IMG/VR virus record: IMGVR_UViG_3300027911_000028
From: a virus
Length of the DNA stretch: 41,726 nt
Strand: one strand, 5' to 3'
A program made the position numbers and the translations under genes. Of this stretch, positions 26,072 through 33,658 are shown one piece after another. Below the pieces are notes generated by a model. That model did not search any database, had not been told where the DNA came from, and saw nothing but the letters and a program-made list of their open reading frames with translations. The stretch's first letter is position 1; the number at the start of each line of letters is the position of its first letter.

Positions 26072-27655
26072 TCAACCTCCGAGTGATTCCCAAACCTTCA
26101 TCTTGTTCTGAGTAGACAACATGTCCTCGATCGCGTCCAACATCGGATCCACCTGGTCGTCGTGCGCATGCGTCATGTCCGCCTTGAAGGCTTCGCACTC
26201 GGCTATCAGGTCATTCGTGAATTCAGCGTCCTCGGGGACGCAGACGGCCTTCATTTCGATGTATGGTAACGCGTCTTGGACTCGAGTGTACTTGTCTTTG
26301 TTTCGTTCAATACCTTTGATCGGGATGATCGGAGTCTCAGACTTCAGGGATTGGATAACGTCCGTGCCTGATGACTTGTCCTCGACCTTCATCTCACGCA
26401 ACTGACCGAGTCCGAGCCCGGCCTCCCAGTCTACCGCGTGATGCTTGTTCCAGAAGGCGCGCGCTCTCCTCCGGAGCTCCGGCGACTCCCATTTCCCCCT
26501 GATCATATCGATCAAGTAGATACGACCATCGGCGCCGTATCCCCAGCATTCGAACACCGAGAAGTCATTGTGCTCCTTGGTCTTCTGTGCCGTGTCCGCA
26601 TATATCTTCCTGTACTTGATCGCCGGAAGCATTTTGTACCTGACGAAGTCCTGCCCCTTGATCACGTTGCCGCCCATGGCGACTGGGCTCTGCTGGTACT
26701 GTGAAGTGAACACGTGCTTCGAGATCATGTTCCCGGTTTTGTCGGTGATCCCGCCTTGCTCCATCTGGACGAGCTTCGTCACGGGTTCCTTCTCCTCCCA
26801 GTACGAGAAGCGCCCATCCTTGTCCTGGATGTCCATGTTCAACTTCGGGCGATACTCCCAGGGGATGAACTTATGGATCGCCTCCATGCTTATCAGCGCG
26901 GGGATCTTCACGAAGTGCCATTTTCCGGGCAGTCCGCCAGCCTCGATGAATCCAACCGGATCCATCTCCGCGATCCTTTGCATGATGATGACGACCGGTG
27001 TGTCGGGCCTCGCTCGTCGGGATTCGACAGTCGTCAAAAGCCTGCGATTGGCCTGCTCGAGCTTGAGCTTAGAGAATGCGTCCTCCGGCTTCAGCGGGTC
27101 ATCGATAATGATCGCCCCATTGAACCCCGGCTCCATGTGCCCGGCACGGAACCCGGTGACTTGACCAGACAATGATGTTGCATAGACGCCGCCGGCCCTC
27201 TTTCCGTCCTCAGTGACGACGTTCCATCGCTTCTTCGACTTCGTGTCGCCAGCGATCCTCAGCGGCCATAAAGCCTGAAACTCCTCGCTCGAGACGATGT
27301 CTTTAGCTATCTGTGAGTTGAGCAGGGCCAGTTGATCCGAATATGACAGATGGAAGAACCGCGCCCTCGGGTTCAACGCCAATCCGCGGGCGATCAGGTT
27401 GATGACGACGAGCTCAGTCTTGGATGAACCGGGTGCGACGTTGATCACCACGTTCTGGAGCTCTCCACCGATCACTCGGTCGATGACCTCTGAGATATAT
27501 TCGTGATGCCAATTGCAGATGAACTTCGACCCGGTCCTCATTTTGTAGAAGTACCGGGTGAAAAATAGGTGTGATCTGGTACAATTCCGCTTCGCAGCGG
27601 CGAGATAATATTCGTCCATAGCGCATCTTGCCCATAAAATATTTTCAAGGGCCAC
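26072..27655 (-). CDS. terL: Terminase large subunit, 527 aa
   Basis: Walker A-like NVAPGSSKT, Walker B-like IIIDDP, and a C-terminal nuclease region with VEDKSSG and AHDDQVD motifs. The start is uncertain (GTG 27655 or ATG 27619). Confidence 0.9.
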   Translation of the reverse strand: MALENILWARCAMDEYYLAAAKRNCTRSHLFFTRYFYKMRTGSKFICNWHHEYISEVIDRVIGGELQNVVINVAPGSSKTELVVINLIARGLALNPRARFFHLSYSDQLALLNSQIAKDIVSSEEFQALWPLRIAGDTKSKKRWNVVTEDGKRAGGVYATSLSGQVTGFRAGHMEPGFNGAIIIDDPLKPEDAFSKLKLEQANRRLLTTVESRRARPDTPVVIIMQRIAEMDPVGFIEAGGLPGKWHFVKIPALISMEAIHKFIPWEYRPKLNMDIQDKDGRFSYWEEKEPVTKLVQMEQGGITDKTGNMISKHVFTSQYQQSPVAMGGNVIKGQDFVRYKMLPAIKYRKIYADTAQKTKEHNDFSVFECWGYGADGRIYLIDMIRGKWESPELRRRARAFWNKHHAVDWEAGLGLGQLREMKVEDKSSGTDVIQSLKSETPIIPIKGIERNKDKYTRVQDALPYIEMKAVCVPEDAEFTNDLIAECEAFKADMTHAHDDQVDPMLDAIEDMLSTQNKMKVWESLGG

Positions 27656-27674
27656 GGATGGCCCCCATTTTTGT

Positions 27675-28073
27675 TTACTGTGCTGCTGGTGCTGCGGGAG
27701 CTGGATCGACAGGAGCTGCCGGAGCCGCCGGTGCGACCGTCCCGAGGATCAATGCCTTGATCTGATCGAGGGATGCCTGAACTGCGGTCACTCTGTCTTT
27801 CAATGCCTGGACTGAATTCGCCTCCATCGTCTCCTTCGCTGTCTCAGCGTCGAGAGCCGCTTGCAGTGTTGCCAGATCGGACTGAGCCTTGGCCTGTGCA
27901 GCTGCGAGGTCAGCGGCGTCCTGCGCGATCTTCGCGTTCAGTGCCGAAACGTCGGGCACAACGACCGAAGCTGCTCCGGCATCGAAACACGCGCCGAGCG
28001 CTGATTCGAGGGCTTGAACTTCAGCATCTTGTACGGACTTCAATTGAGTTGCTACAACATCTTCCTTAGCCAT
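27675..28073 (-). CDS. Ala-rich coiled-coil protein with a Pro/Ala tail, 132 aa, between terS and terL
   Basis: ATG 28073 sits 6 nt after GAGGAGG. The frame stays open upstream to ATG 28199, which overlaps the terS stop by 8 nt, so a 174-aa form cannot be excluded. Confidence 0.6.
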   Translation of the reverse strand: MAKEDVVATQLKSVQDAEVQALESALGACFDAGAASVVVPDVSALNAKIAQDAADLAAAQAKAQSDLATLQAALDAETAKETMEANSVQALKDRVTAVQASLDQIKALILGTVAPAAPAAPVDPAPAAPAAQ

Positions 28074-28191
28074 GTGGCCTCCTCTGTTTCGTTTACGATA
28101 GGGCCGCGAGCGCTCATAGTAAATACTATATTCGGGGACGGTCCAGAAGTTCACATACTCGATCAATTGAAAAAAGAAGCGCTCGAGGTCC

Positions 28192-28818
28192 TTAAACATC
28201 CTCCTCCAGCTTCTGCATCGCGATCGCCACTCGTTGTTCGAACGAAACTGCTTCCTTCGTCTCAGGTGCCTTGTTGTCAAACGTGAGGACCGGGTCGGTG
28301 ATCATGTTAACGTTCAGCGAGTCCTGCCGTCTCCATGATCTCGGGATCCTCCTGCTCAATCGCTCCATCGCGGCCCTCCAATCGGACTTGATCTCCGACT
28401 GCTGGATGACTGGGTTTCCCTCGGAGTTGAGCACAGGCTCCATCAATGGCTTGCCTGGGCTCTCGAATATGACCTTCCCCTCGTGGTCGACGACGGGCTT
28501 CATCAAGAATTTCGCTGGTCGTCCCATCGCGTGGGCATCGAGTACGCTGATGTCGCGCATCTCGTACTCGCTCAAGGCTTTATGCAGCTTCGCTAGAAAT
28601 GCGGCGTGCGGCGACTCTGGGTCCTCCTTCGCCTTGATCACCCACATCCTCACTGTATCATACGATATGCCCGCAAAAGCGGCAGCAGTCTCTACTGGAG
28701 CGCCGATCTTTATGGCGTTCAGGATCTTGTCTTCGATCGTCGGGTCGAGCTCGAGCATCGGCAGACGCCCTGATCCTTTGAATCTTCTATGTCGAGGGTT
28801 CTTGAGTTTACCGCCCAC
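28192..28818 (-). CDS. terS: Terminase small subunit, 208 aa
   Basis: N-terminal HTH pattern ILNAIKIGAPVETAAAFAGISYDTVRMW. Position upstream of terL. GTG start sits after AGGAG. Confidence 0.7.
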   Translation of the reverse strand: MGGKLKNPRHRRFKGSGRLPMLELDPTIEDKILNAIKIGAPVETAAAFAGISYDTVRMWVIKAKEDPESPHAAFLAKLHKALSEYEMRDISVLDAHAMGRPAKFLMKPVVDHEGKVIFESPGKPLMEPVLNSEGNPVIQQSEIKSDWRAAMERLSRRIPRSWRRQDSLNVNMITDPVLTFDNKAPETKEAVSFEQRVAIAMQKLEEDV

Positions 28819-28842
28819 TTCTTGGTGCTCCTATGCCTTATC

Positions 28843-29055
28843 TTAAGGCAGACGTCGGACCTTTACATCCCTCTTCGCTTTAATCGCGACCTTCACCTGA
28901 CGGAATGCGATCTCATTCACGTGGATCGCTGAGTCTCCAACCATCAGGATGTCGCCGACCTTCAGCTTTTGGACGAGATAGCCTCGTTCATCATCTGGGC
29001 TCTGATCTGATCTACCGTTCTTGGGGTCATCGGGGTTATCCGGATGATCGTGCAT
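28843..29055 (-). CDS. CsrA-like RNA-binding protein with a 25-aa acidic N-terminal extension, 70 aa
   Basis: Residues 26-70 (YLVQKLKVGDILMVGDSAIHVNEIAFRQVKVAIKAKRDVKVRRLP) align by eye with E. coli CsrA [46 protein letters not shown]. AAGGA lies 6 nt upstream of the ATG. Confidence 0.6.
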   Translation of the reverse strand: MHDHPDNPDDPKNGRSDQSPDDERGYLVQKLKVGDILMVGDSAIHVNEIAFRQVKVAIKAKRDVKVRRLP

Positions 29056-29531
29056 TCTTGTTCCTTCTTGGTTGTTGATACCTTCTCAGAAGATGAGGCG
29101 AAATAATGGACGTCGTCAAGCTCCAGGACCATCTTGAGGGCATCCAGGCATGGCTTCAGCCGGTTGTCGGCGTCGGGAGCATTCTCATGGTTCAAGCGTT
29201 CCACGTGGAACACGAACCAGCAATCGACCCTGAGCGCGAATTTCTCTCCCGATGCGTTCTGTGCATTTCGATGATCGTGCAGCGACGCCTTCATCCTCGA
29301 GACGGCCTCGTTGTTCATGAGGGCCCACTGGAGGCACCTTTGCACGTACTGCTTCGATTCCTTCGTCTTGACCATCCTGCCTTGACGATATGGCTTCCCC
29401 TTGGATGTGAACTTCACCTTGCCGGCGATCGGCATAAGTGACTTGTTGACGGTCGGAGGTAGAGGGAATCCGTTGAGCCAGAATGTTAGGTCCATGATTT
29501 GATCATGCGCAGTGTATGCGTGAGGAGTCAA
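28962..29531 (-). CDS. rusA: RusA-like Holliday junction resolvase
   Basis: PLPPTVNK near the N-terminus, DADNRLKPCLDALK...ELDDVHYF (the RusA catalytic Asp cluster) and a terminal CTIIRITP strand. The start is TTG 29531 (TTGA overlap) or ATG 29495. Confidence 0.75.
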   Translation of the reverse strand: MTPHAYTAHDQIMDLTFWLNGFPLPPTVNKSLMPIAGKVKFTSKGKPYRQGRMVKTKESKQYVQRCLQWALMNNEAVSRMKASLHDHRNAQNASGEKFALRVDCWFVFHVERLNHENAPDADNRLKPCLDALKMVLELDDVHYFASSSEKVSTTKKEQECTIIRITPMTPRTVDQIRAQMMNEAISSKS

Positions 29532-29803
29532 ATCGGGTATTCGTTGAATCCCAATTGCTCAGATACATAGAGGATCGCGAAAAGGCTGTCACGATCGTCG
29601 AGGAAGTAGAGTTGTCGGATCTTGAGCATGTAGAATCCGCGGATGAACGCGGCCGTGAACTTGAGGCCTTGCTCGTCATCCAATTCCTCGAATGCCCCTC
29701 TGCGCGTGATCGAGTCGACTCTGGACTTGAGCTCAGTCATCAGGTCATTGGCCTTCTTCGCGACCAGTGCGAAGTCGAGGTCTTGAGTCGAGGCACAGAT
29801 CAT
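29528..29803 (-). CDS. Hypothetical protein, 91 aa
   Basis: ATG 29803 is in an ATGA overlap with the upstream membrane-protein gene. The remainder of the 174-aa track ORF is out-of-frame read-through. Confidence 0.55.
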   Translation of the reverse strand: MICASTQDLDFALVAKKANDLMTELKSRVDSITRRGAFEELDDEQGLKFTAAFIRGFYMLKIRQLYFLDDRDSLFAILYVSEQLGFNEYPI

Positions 29804-30078
29804 CTCCGCATCCTCCGACGGGTGGCCCGATCCATCCTCACCATGTTGATTTTTTCCTGCTCGCTGTTGTGCTCGCGATCGATGTACTCGGCCATGATCA
29901 GAAAAGGCCATCCAATCAATGAGACAAAAAGACTCAAGGTAGCGGCCGACAATGAATAGAGGAAGGGCTTGTTCGGGACCCAGAAGTTCCCGATGCTCCC
30001 ATATTTTAGGCAATAGTATGTCGTGATGATCACGTAGAACAAAAAGCCACAAACTAAATACATCTGAGCATAAATCAT
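29800..30078 (-). CDS. Small integral membrane protein, 92 aa
   Basis: ATG 30078 is in an ATGA overlap. It has two long hydrophobic segments (YLVCGFLFYVIITTYYCL and LSAATLSLFVSLIGWPFLIMA) and a basic tail. Confidence 0.55.
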   Translation of the reverse strand: MIYAQMYLVCGFLFYVIITTYYCLKYGSIGNFWVPNKPFLYSLSAATLSLFVSLIGWPFLIMAEYIDREHNSEQEKINMVRMDRATRRRMRR

Positions 30079-30296
30079 GCTGTCTTCCATTTCATTTCTG
30101 GGAAGGGCCTCCTCGGACGAGAGAATTTTTCGGCCATTTCCTCTGTCGTTATGTACTTGATCTTGTTCCCCTTCGAGAGCCATTCCTCGACCATGACCCT
30201 GAGGATCTCCCTCTCATTCGCCCTGCGATCATCAAGCCTCTTGTATTTCACGGCCAAGAAGTCTCGCGCCTTGTGCTTATCCATACGTCCGACCAT
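30075..30296 (-). CDS. Hypothetical protein, 73 aa
   Basis: ORF in operon phase; no motif. Confidence 0.5.
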   Translation of the reverse strand: MVGRMDKHKARDFLAVKYKRLDDRRANEREILRVMVEEWLSKGNKIKYITTEEMAEKFSRPRRPFPEMKWKTA

Positions 30297-30480
30297 GGTC
30301 CGGGTCCCTTTCGAACCCCCTGACCAATTTACAGATCTCGCATTTGGTCTCGGTCTTCCATGCGATGTACTCTTGCCAAGTGTCGAACGAAGCGATGCCG
30401 ACCTCTGATTCGTACTTGTAAAGGGCGTAAAGCCTGGTCTTGTTCTTGATCCTTGGCTGCACTTTATGTCGCGAGGTCAT
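30277..30480 (-). CDS. Hypothetical protein, 67 aa; resembles the N-terminal half of an endonuclease VII-type HNH
   Basis: LYALYKYE...CEICKLVRGFERDPDHGRTYG stops where the second half of the motif would be expected. Confidence 0.45.
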   Translation of the reverse strand: MTSRHKVQPRIKNKTRLYALYKYESEVGIASFDTWQEYIAWKTETKCEICKLVRGFERDPDHGRTYG

Positions 30481-31135
30481 TGATCACATCCTCCATGGAC
30501 TCCTTCGGAGGAGTCACGTCTTTCTCAAATGCTTCCATGACATCCTCGTGGTACGCAACCCCATTTAATGCCGATGCATAGTTTGACCTCAGGGCCCTGG
30601 CCCGAGCCTTGTGCATGAGCATGTCCTTCGTGTATTTCTCCCAAGTCGGGTTCGACAGGAGGCCAGCCTTCCTCGCGTCATCAATGGTGAACACGTACTC
30701 GTTTGATATTTGTGAGCCCTTTTTGTTGACGATACAGACCGCCGCCCATGCAGCCTTGTGCAAGTTCTTGTTTGTTGAGCAGATCACTTCTTGCTCTTCG
30801 TCCAGGAAGAACTCCCGCTTGTCCCCATATTGTGGATGCCTCTCTGCCAGAGCGGTCACGAGGGATCCGAACTGTGTGAGCTTCCCCTTCACCCACGCCA
30901 TCTCACCCATCGCCTTGTCTGGGAGGCCGAACTGGCGACAGAACAGCATCGCCGCCGCGACGGCCTCGACCCCTTCCTTCCTTAAGTGCTCCGGGGCCAT
31001 CTTCAACTTCATCATCAAATTCGCTGCGCGTGACAACTCAGTGTGGTCGCTGAACATCAAGTCTCCATGGGACCCGATGCCGATCGGCTTCACTGTCACT
31101 GTCTTCACTTCTTCTTTCGCCTCTTGTTCGCTCAT
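30464..31135 (-). CDS. recT: Single-strand annealing protein, RecT/Redbeta superfamily, 223 aa
   Basis: FGLPDKAMGEMAWVKGKL...FTIDDARKAGLLSNPTWEKYTKDMLMHKARARALR is the typical C-terminal SSAP motif. Paired by ATGA overlap with an exonuclease gene. Confidence 0.65.
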   Translation of the reverse strand: MSEQEAKEEVKTVTVKPIGIGSHGDLMFSDHTELSRAANLMMKLKMAPEHLRKEGVEAVAAAMLFCRQFGLPDKAMGEMAWVKGKLTQFGSLVTALAERHPQYGDKREFFLDEEQEVICSTNKNLHKAAWAAVCIVNKKGSQISNEYVFTIDDARKAGLLSNPTWEKYTKDMLMHKARARALRSNYASALNGVAYHEDVMEAFEKDVTPPKESMEDVINDLAT

Positions 31136-32040
31136 AGCTCTATATCCTCTCTCTCAACTGAATTTCTGATGAACCACTCCGGCACATGTCCAGGCTGGAT
31201 CGATTGTTGTCTCATCGGCCAGTGATTATGATCGACCGCATGCCTGATCTTCTTCAGGGTCGCATGGTAGTCCGTCTCCGCCTGCTGGAGCTGGATTCGG
31301 TTGTACGAGTACACGGCGACCTCGTACGGCCAAACCTTTTCGACCGCGAGGATGATGATCCTTCGCGGGAACTTGCCTGTGATCGCCTCGATTCCTTTCG
31401 CGTACATCAACAATTGGATGTCGATCCTCATCTCGCCGAAGACCTGCTTCCCGAAAGCGAACTGCTCGCATGACTTCGTCGTCTTCAAATCTATGAAGAC
31501 CGACCCGTCCTCGCGTCGGAGGTCCGGCTTTATTTTGCATCTGATGCCTGTCTCATTATCCAAAAAGAATCCTGGGACCTCCGGGACCATAGCCCTGAGC
31601 ACATCCTTGCCCTGCGGGTGCTGCATGATCGACTCGGCGATCCCGGTCATCATCTCGAGCTCGTCCTGCGTGACCACCACGCAATCCTTCGGGAGGTCGG
31701 AGAGCCATAGCGCGCGCTTCTCGTTGGCCTCCTTTGATCTCGTCGACACCTCTCCCTTTTGAGTCAGCCCGGTGAACTCCGGCATGACCCTGTGAGTGTG
31801 CATGAACCTCTCGCGCTCGAGCACTGCCATGTGGATCTTGCTACCGAGCTTCATCGCTGGCGATGCCTCGATCTTTTTTCCCTGGATGACGATGCCATGG
31901 AACAGTTTGAGTGAGCTCATGGCGGCCCTGACGCTCGATGAACCTATCGCCGTCGTGTCCGCATGGTATTCCTCATCCGACATCTCTGGGCTCCAGCAAT
32001 CGAAAAAAAATCCAGAAGACGGTATGAAATTCGGGGTCAT
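31132..32040 (-). CDS. PD-(D/E)XK exonuclease, RecE C-terminal / PDDEXK_1-type, 302 aa
   Basis: EYHADTTAIGSSSVRAA, GSKIHMAVLE, FIDLKTTKS (the D-x-K motif) and QLLMYAKG. Confidence 0.7.
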   Translation of the reverse strand: MTPNFIPSSGFFFDCWSPEMSDEEYHADTTAIGSSSVRAAMSSLKLFHGIVIQGKKIEASPAMKLGSKIHMAVLERERFMHTHRVMPEFTGLTQKGEVSTRSKEANEKRALWLSDLPKDCVVVTQDELEMMTGIAESIMQHPQGKDVLRAMVPEVPGFFLDNETGIRCKIKPDLRREDGSVFIDLKTTKSCEQFAFGKQVFGEMRIDIQLLMYAKGIEAITGKFPRRIIILAVEKVWPYEVAVYSYNRIQLQQAETDYHATLKKIRHAVDHNHWPMRQQSIQPGHVPEWFIRNSVEREDIEL

Positions 32041-32306
32041 TGGTGATCCCCTGTGCTGACGTACTCCATGAACTTTATTTGGGCCTCTGAGTGTGCCTGG
32101 ACGTAGAACCTGAGGCTCGCCATCAGGCGATCGATCCGCTCCTGCTGCTGGATGTACCTCTTCGAGAGATGCTGTAAATCATATTCCCGGATCTCGCACC
32201 TATCGCACTTGTGGGCGTTCGGGTCGATGTATTCTCCGCCCTTTGGGCCAGTAGACTCATACTTGATGCCATTTTTTTTGCACCATTCTTTGGCTTCTTG
32301 ATACAT
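32037..32306 (-). CDS. Hypothetical protein, 89 aa
   Basis: AAGGAG lies upstream of ATG 32306. Contains HKCDRCEIREY (CxxC). Confidence 0.55.
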   Translation of the reverse strand: MYQEAKEWCKKNGIKYESTGPKGGEYIDPNAHKCDRCEIREYDLQHLSKRYIQQQERIDRLMASLRFYVQAHSEAQIKFMEYVSTGDHQ

Positions 32307-32423
32307 GCTGACTCTCCTTCTTGGTTGGCTATTTTTTATTTTAAAAATAGGTCGATGTATACAATAAAAAATTCTGATTTTTTGAGCTTTTGAAAGTTCA
32401 AATATATGAATTCACTCGTCACT

Positions 32424-32457
32424 AGATAGAACTAGTGATTTCAATAGATAGAACTAG
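32424..32457. repeat. Two copies of TAGATAGAACTAG spaced 21 bp apart (operator-like), the first inside the palindrome CACTAG-N6-CTAGTG
   Basis: Read directly: copies at 32424-32436 and 32445-32457, in the AT-rich intergenic gap 32307-32460. Confidence 0.6.
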
Positions 32458-32460
32458 CGC

Positions 32461-32703
32461 TCATTTGAGCGCATCCCGTGCGGTATCGATATAATATTGA
32501 GCTTCTTGATGAGCAAAATTAAAATTCGAATTATTTTCGTCTTCAAAAGCAATTTTTCGCAAAGCCTCTTCGAGCTTTTTGATACGTTCATTCGCAGCGT
32601 CGAGGTGTTTCTTTTCAACAACGTGAACAATAGATTCATAAGCCATTGGTTCAAAATCAAAAAGATGACTAGCATAGGTCCACCATTCTTTCACCTCACT
32701 CAT
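32461..32703 (-). CDS. Hypothetical protein, 80 aa, AT-rich gene
   Basis: ORF MSEVKEWWTY... with a central helical EKKHLDAANERIKKLEEALRK. Composition is far below the genome average. Confidence 0.5.
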   Translation of the reverse strand: MSEVKEWWTYASHLFDFEPMAYESIVHVVEKKHLDAANERIKKLEEALRKIAFEDENNSNFNFAHQEAQYYIDTARDALK

Positions 32704-32862
32704 CCGCGCCCCCTTCCTCTAAAGCCAAATAAATCAATTTCTCAATTTTTTCCATTCCACAGTTGCACTCATTGTCTTCATAAGATGAATTAGCACAGTC
32801 CTCATAATGATTGAGTCCGTGACTCTGAATTCTTTGTAAAAGTCATTTCCTCGAGCATCTTG

Positions 32863-32997
32863 TCAAAAAAATTCTCGTTTAGACAATTCAGTCATTGTAT
32901 TCCTTTTTGTTTCGGAATTGTAAAAAATCAAAAAGACAAAAACCACCAAAATGAAAAACGCCACAATATAAAAAATAGTGTTTTGGGTTTCATTCAT
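32863..32997 (-). CDS. Tiny single-pass membrane protein, 44 aa, below the track threshold
   Basis: My own translation is MNETQNTIFYIVAFFILVVFVFLIFYNSETKRNTMTELSKREFF. Confidence 0.4.
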   Translation of the reverse strand: MNETQNTIFYIVAFFILVVFVFLIFYNSETKRNTMTELSKREFF

Positions 32998-33006
32998 TGG
33001 CCCACC

Positions 33007-33133
33007 TCACTTTCGATCGCTTCTTTCAGTGTCATTTTCTTTCTCCTCAGCTGGTGGGTTAAAAACCAAAAATATGAACAAGACGACGATCAAAAAAGCG
33101 ACGATATAAAAAAATCACGTCCTCATTCTTCAT
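33007..33133 (-). pseudogene. Paralog of the 44-aa membrane ORF, interrupted by a +1 frameshift in a T7 run (A7 at 33108-33114 on the plus strand)
   Basis: Removing one T gives MKNEDVIFYIVAFLIVVLFIFLVFNPPAEEKENDTERSDRK (41 aa), which parallels the neighbouring ORF (IFYIVAF core). As written, the frame ends after 24 codons. Confidence 0.4.
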
Positions 33134-33305
33134 TGCTCGCTTTTTCCAATCGCAACGTCGATTCCTTCAGCGTCTGATAGTCGTCGAAGATGACCTCATC
33201 GATCGTAAATCTCTTGAACTCATCGAACTCGCTCGGGCGGATCCAGCGGTCATCCCCTGACCTTTTGTACGGCAGCCCGCTCAACAAGGCTTCACGGAGG
33301 GTCAT
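33123..33305 (-). CDS. Hypothetical protein, 60 aa, with a weak DUF2829-like end pattern
   Basis: MTLREALLSGLPYKRSGDDRW at the N-terminus and FTIDEVIFDDYQ near the C-terminus. Pattern-level only. Confidence 0.5.
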   Translation of the reverse strand: MTLREALLSGLPYKRSGDDRWIRPSEFDEFKRFTIDEVIFDDYQTLKESTLRLEKASNEE

Positions 33306-33658
33306 CTCCAGACCTCGACAATGGACTTGTGGTCGTTCTCAGCTGGCGCCGACTTCGTGAGGCCATTCGGGAGCTTCTTCACGACCGACTCGATGGTCTT
33401 CCCCTTCGCGATCACGTCGCGCATTTCTTGCCCCACTTGCTTCCTGATCACGTACTGGCCAGGGAAGTCTGATGGGTCCTTGAACACCACGAAACAAACC
33501 GGCAGGTGATCACGATCAGTGAACCTGATCTCGCTCGTCGGGACCTTCACCACTTGGCCCTCGAACGTTTCTACCATAGCGACGAGACCCGCCTTCAGCT
33601 GGAAGTACCCGACGAAGTACCCTTTGCTTCTCCCGTTGTTGAACTCCACTGTCCTCAT
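33302..33658 (-). CDS. Hypothetical protein, 118 aa
   Basis: ATG 33658 sits 4 nt after GGGAGG. No motif. Confidence 0.65.
   Translation of the reverse strand: MRTVEFNNGRSKGYFVGYFQLKAGLVAMVETFEGQVVKVPTSEIRFTDRDHLPVCFVVFKDPSDFPGQYVIRKQVGQEMRDVIAKGKTIESVVKKLPNGLTKSAPAENDHKSIVEVWR

Noticed and set aside
28074-28191. pac or cos site in the terS-proximal spacer
   Set aside because: Only short palindromes are visible. A packaging site cannot be assigned without read-end data.
29516-30052. 147-aa plus-strand ORF and 174-aa minus-strand ORF
   Set aside because: The region resolves better into two ATGA-coupled minus-strand genes (29528-29803 and 29800-30078) with protein-like sequences.
32424-32457. 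CRISPR-like array
   Set aside because: There are only two 13-bp copies with an 8-bp spacer, and no further repeats or cas genes.
32704-32862. Frame encoding ...HGLNHYEDCANSSYEDNECNCGMEKIEKLIYLALEEGGADE, ending in an overlap with the 80-aa ORF start
   Set aside because: It reads like protein, but has no ATG, GTG or TTG start upstream of the internal Met. I cannot decide between a frameshifted gene, a 19-aa peptide and noise.
32860-33177. 105-aa plus-strand ORF in the AT-rich islet
   Set aside because: It is antisense to the two tiny TM ORFs, runs opposite to the surrounding operon and has no SD. The minus-strand reading gives paralogous peptides.
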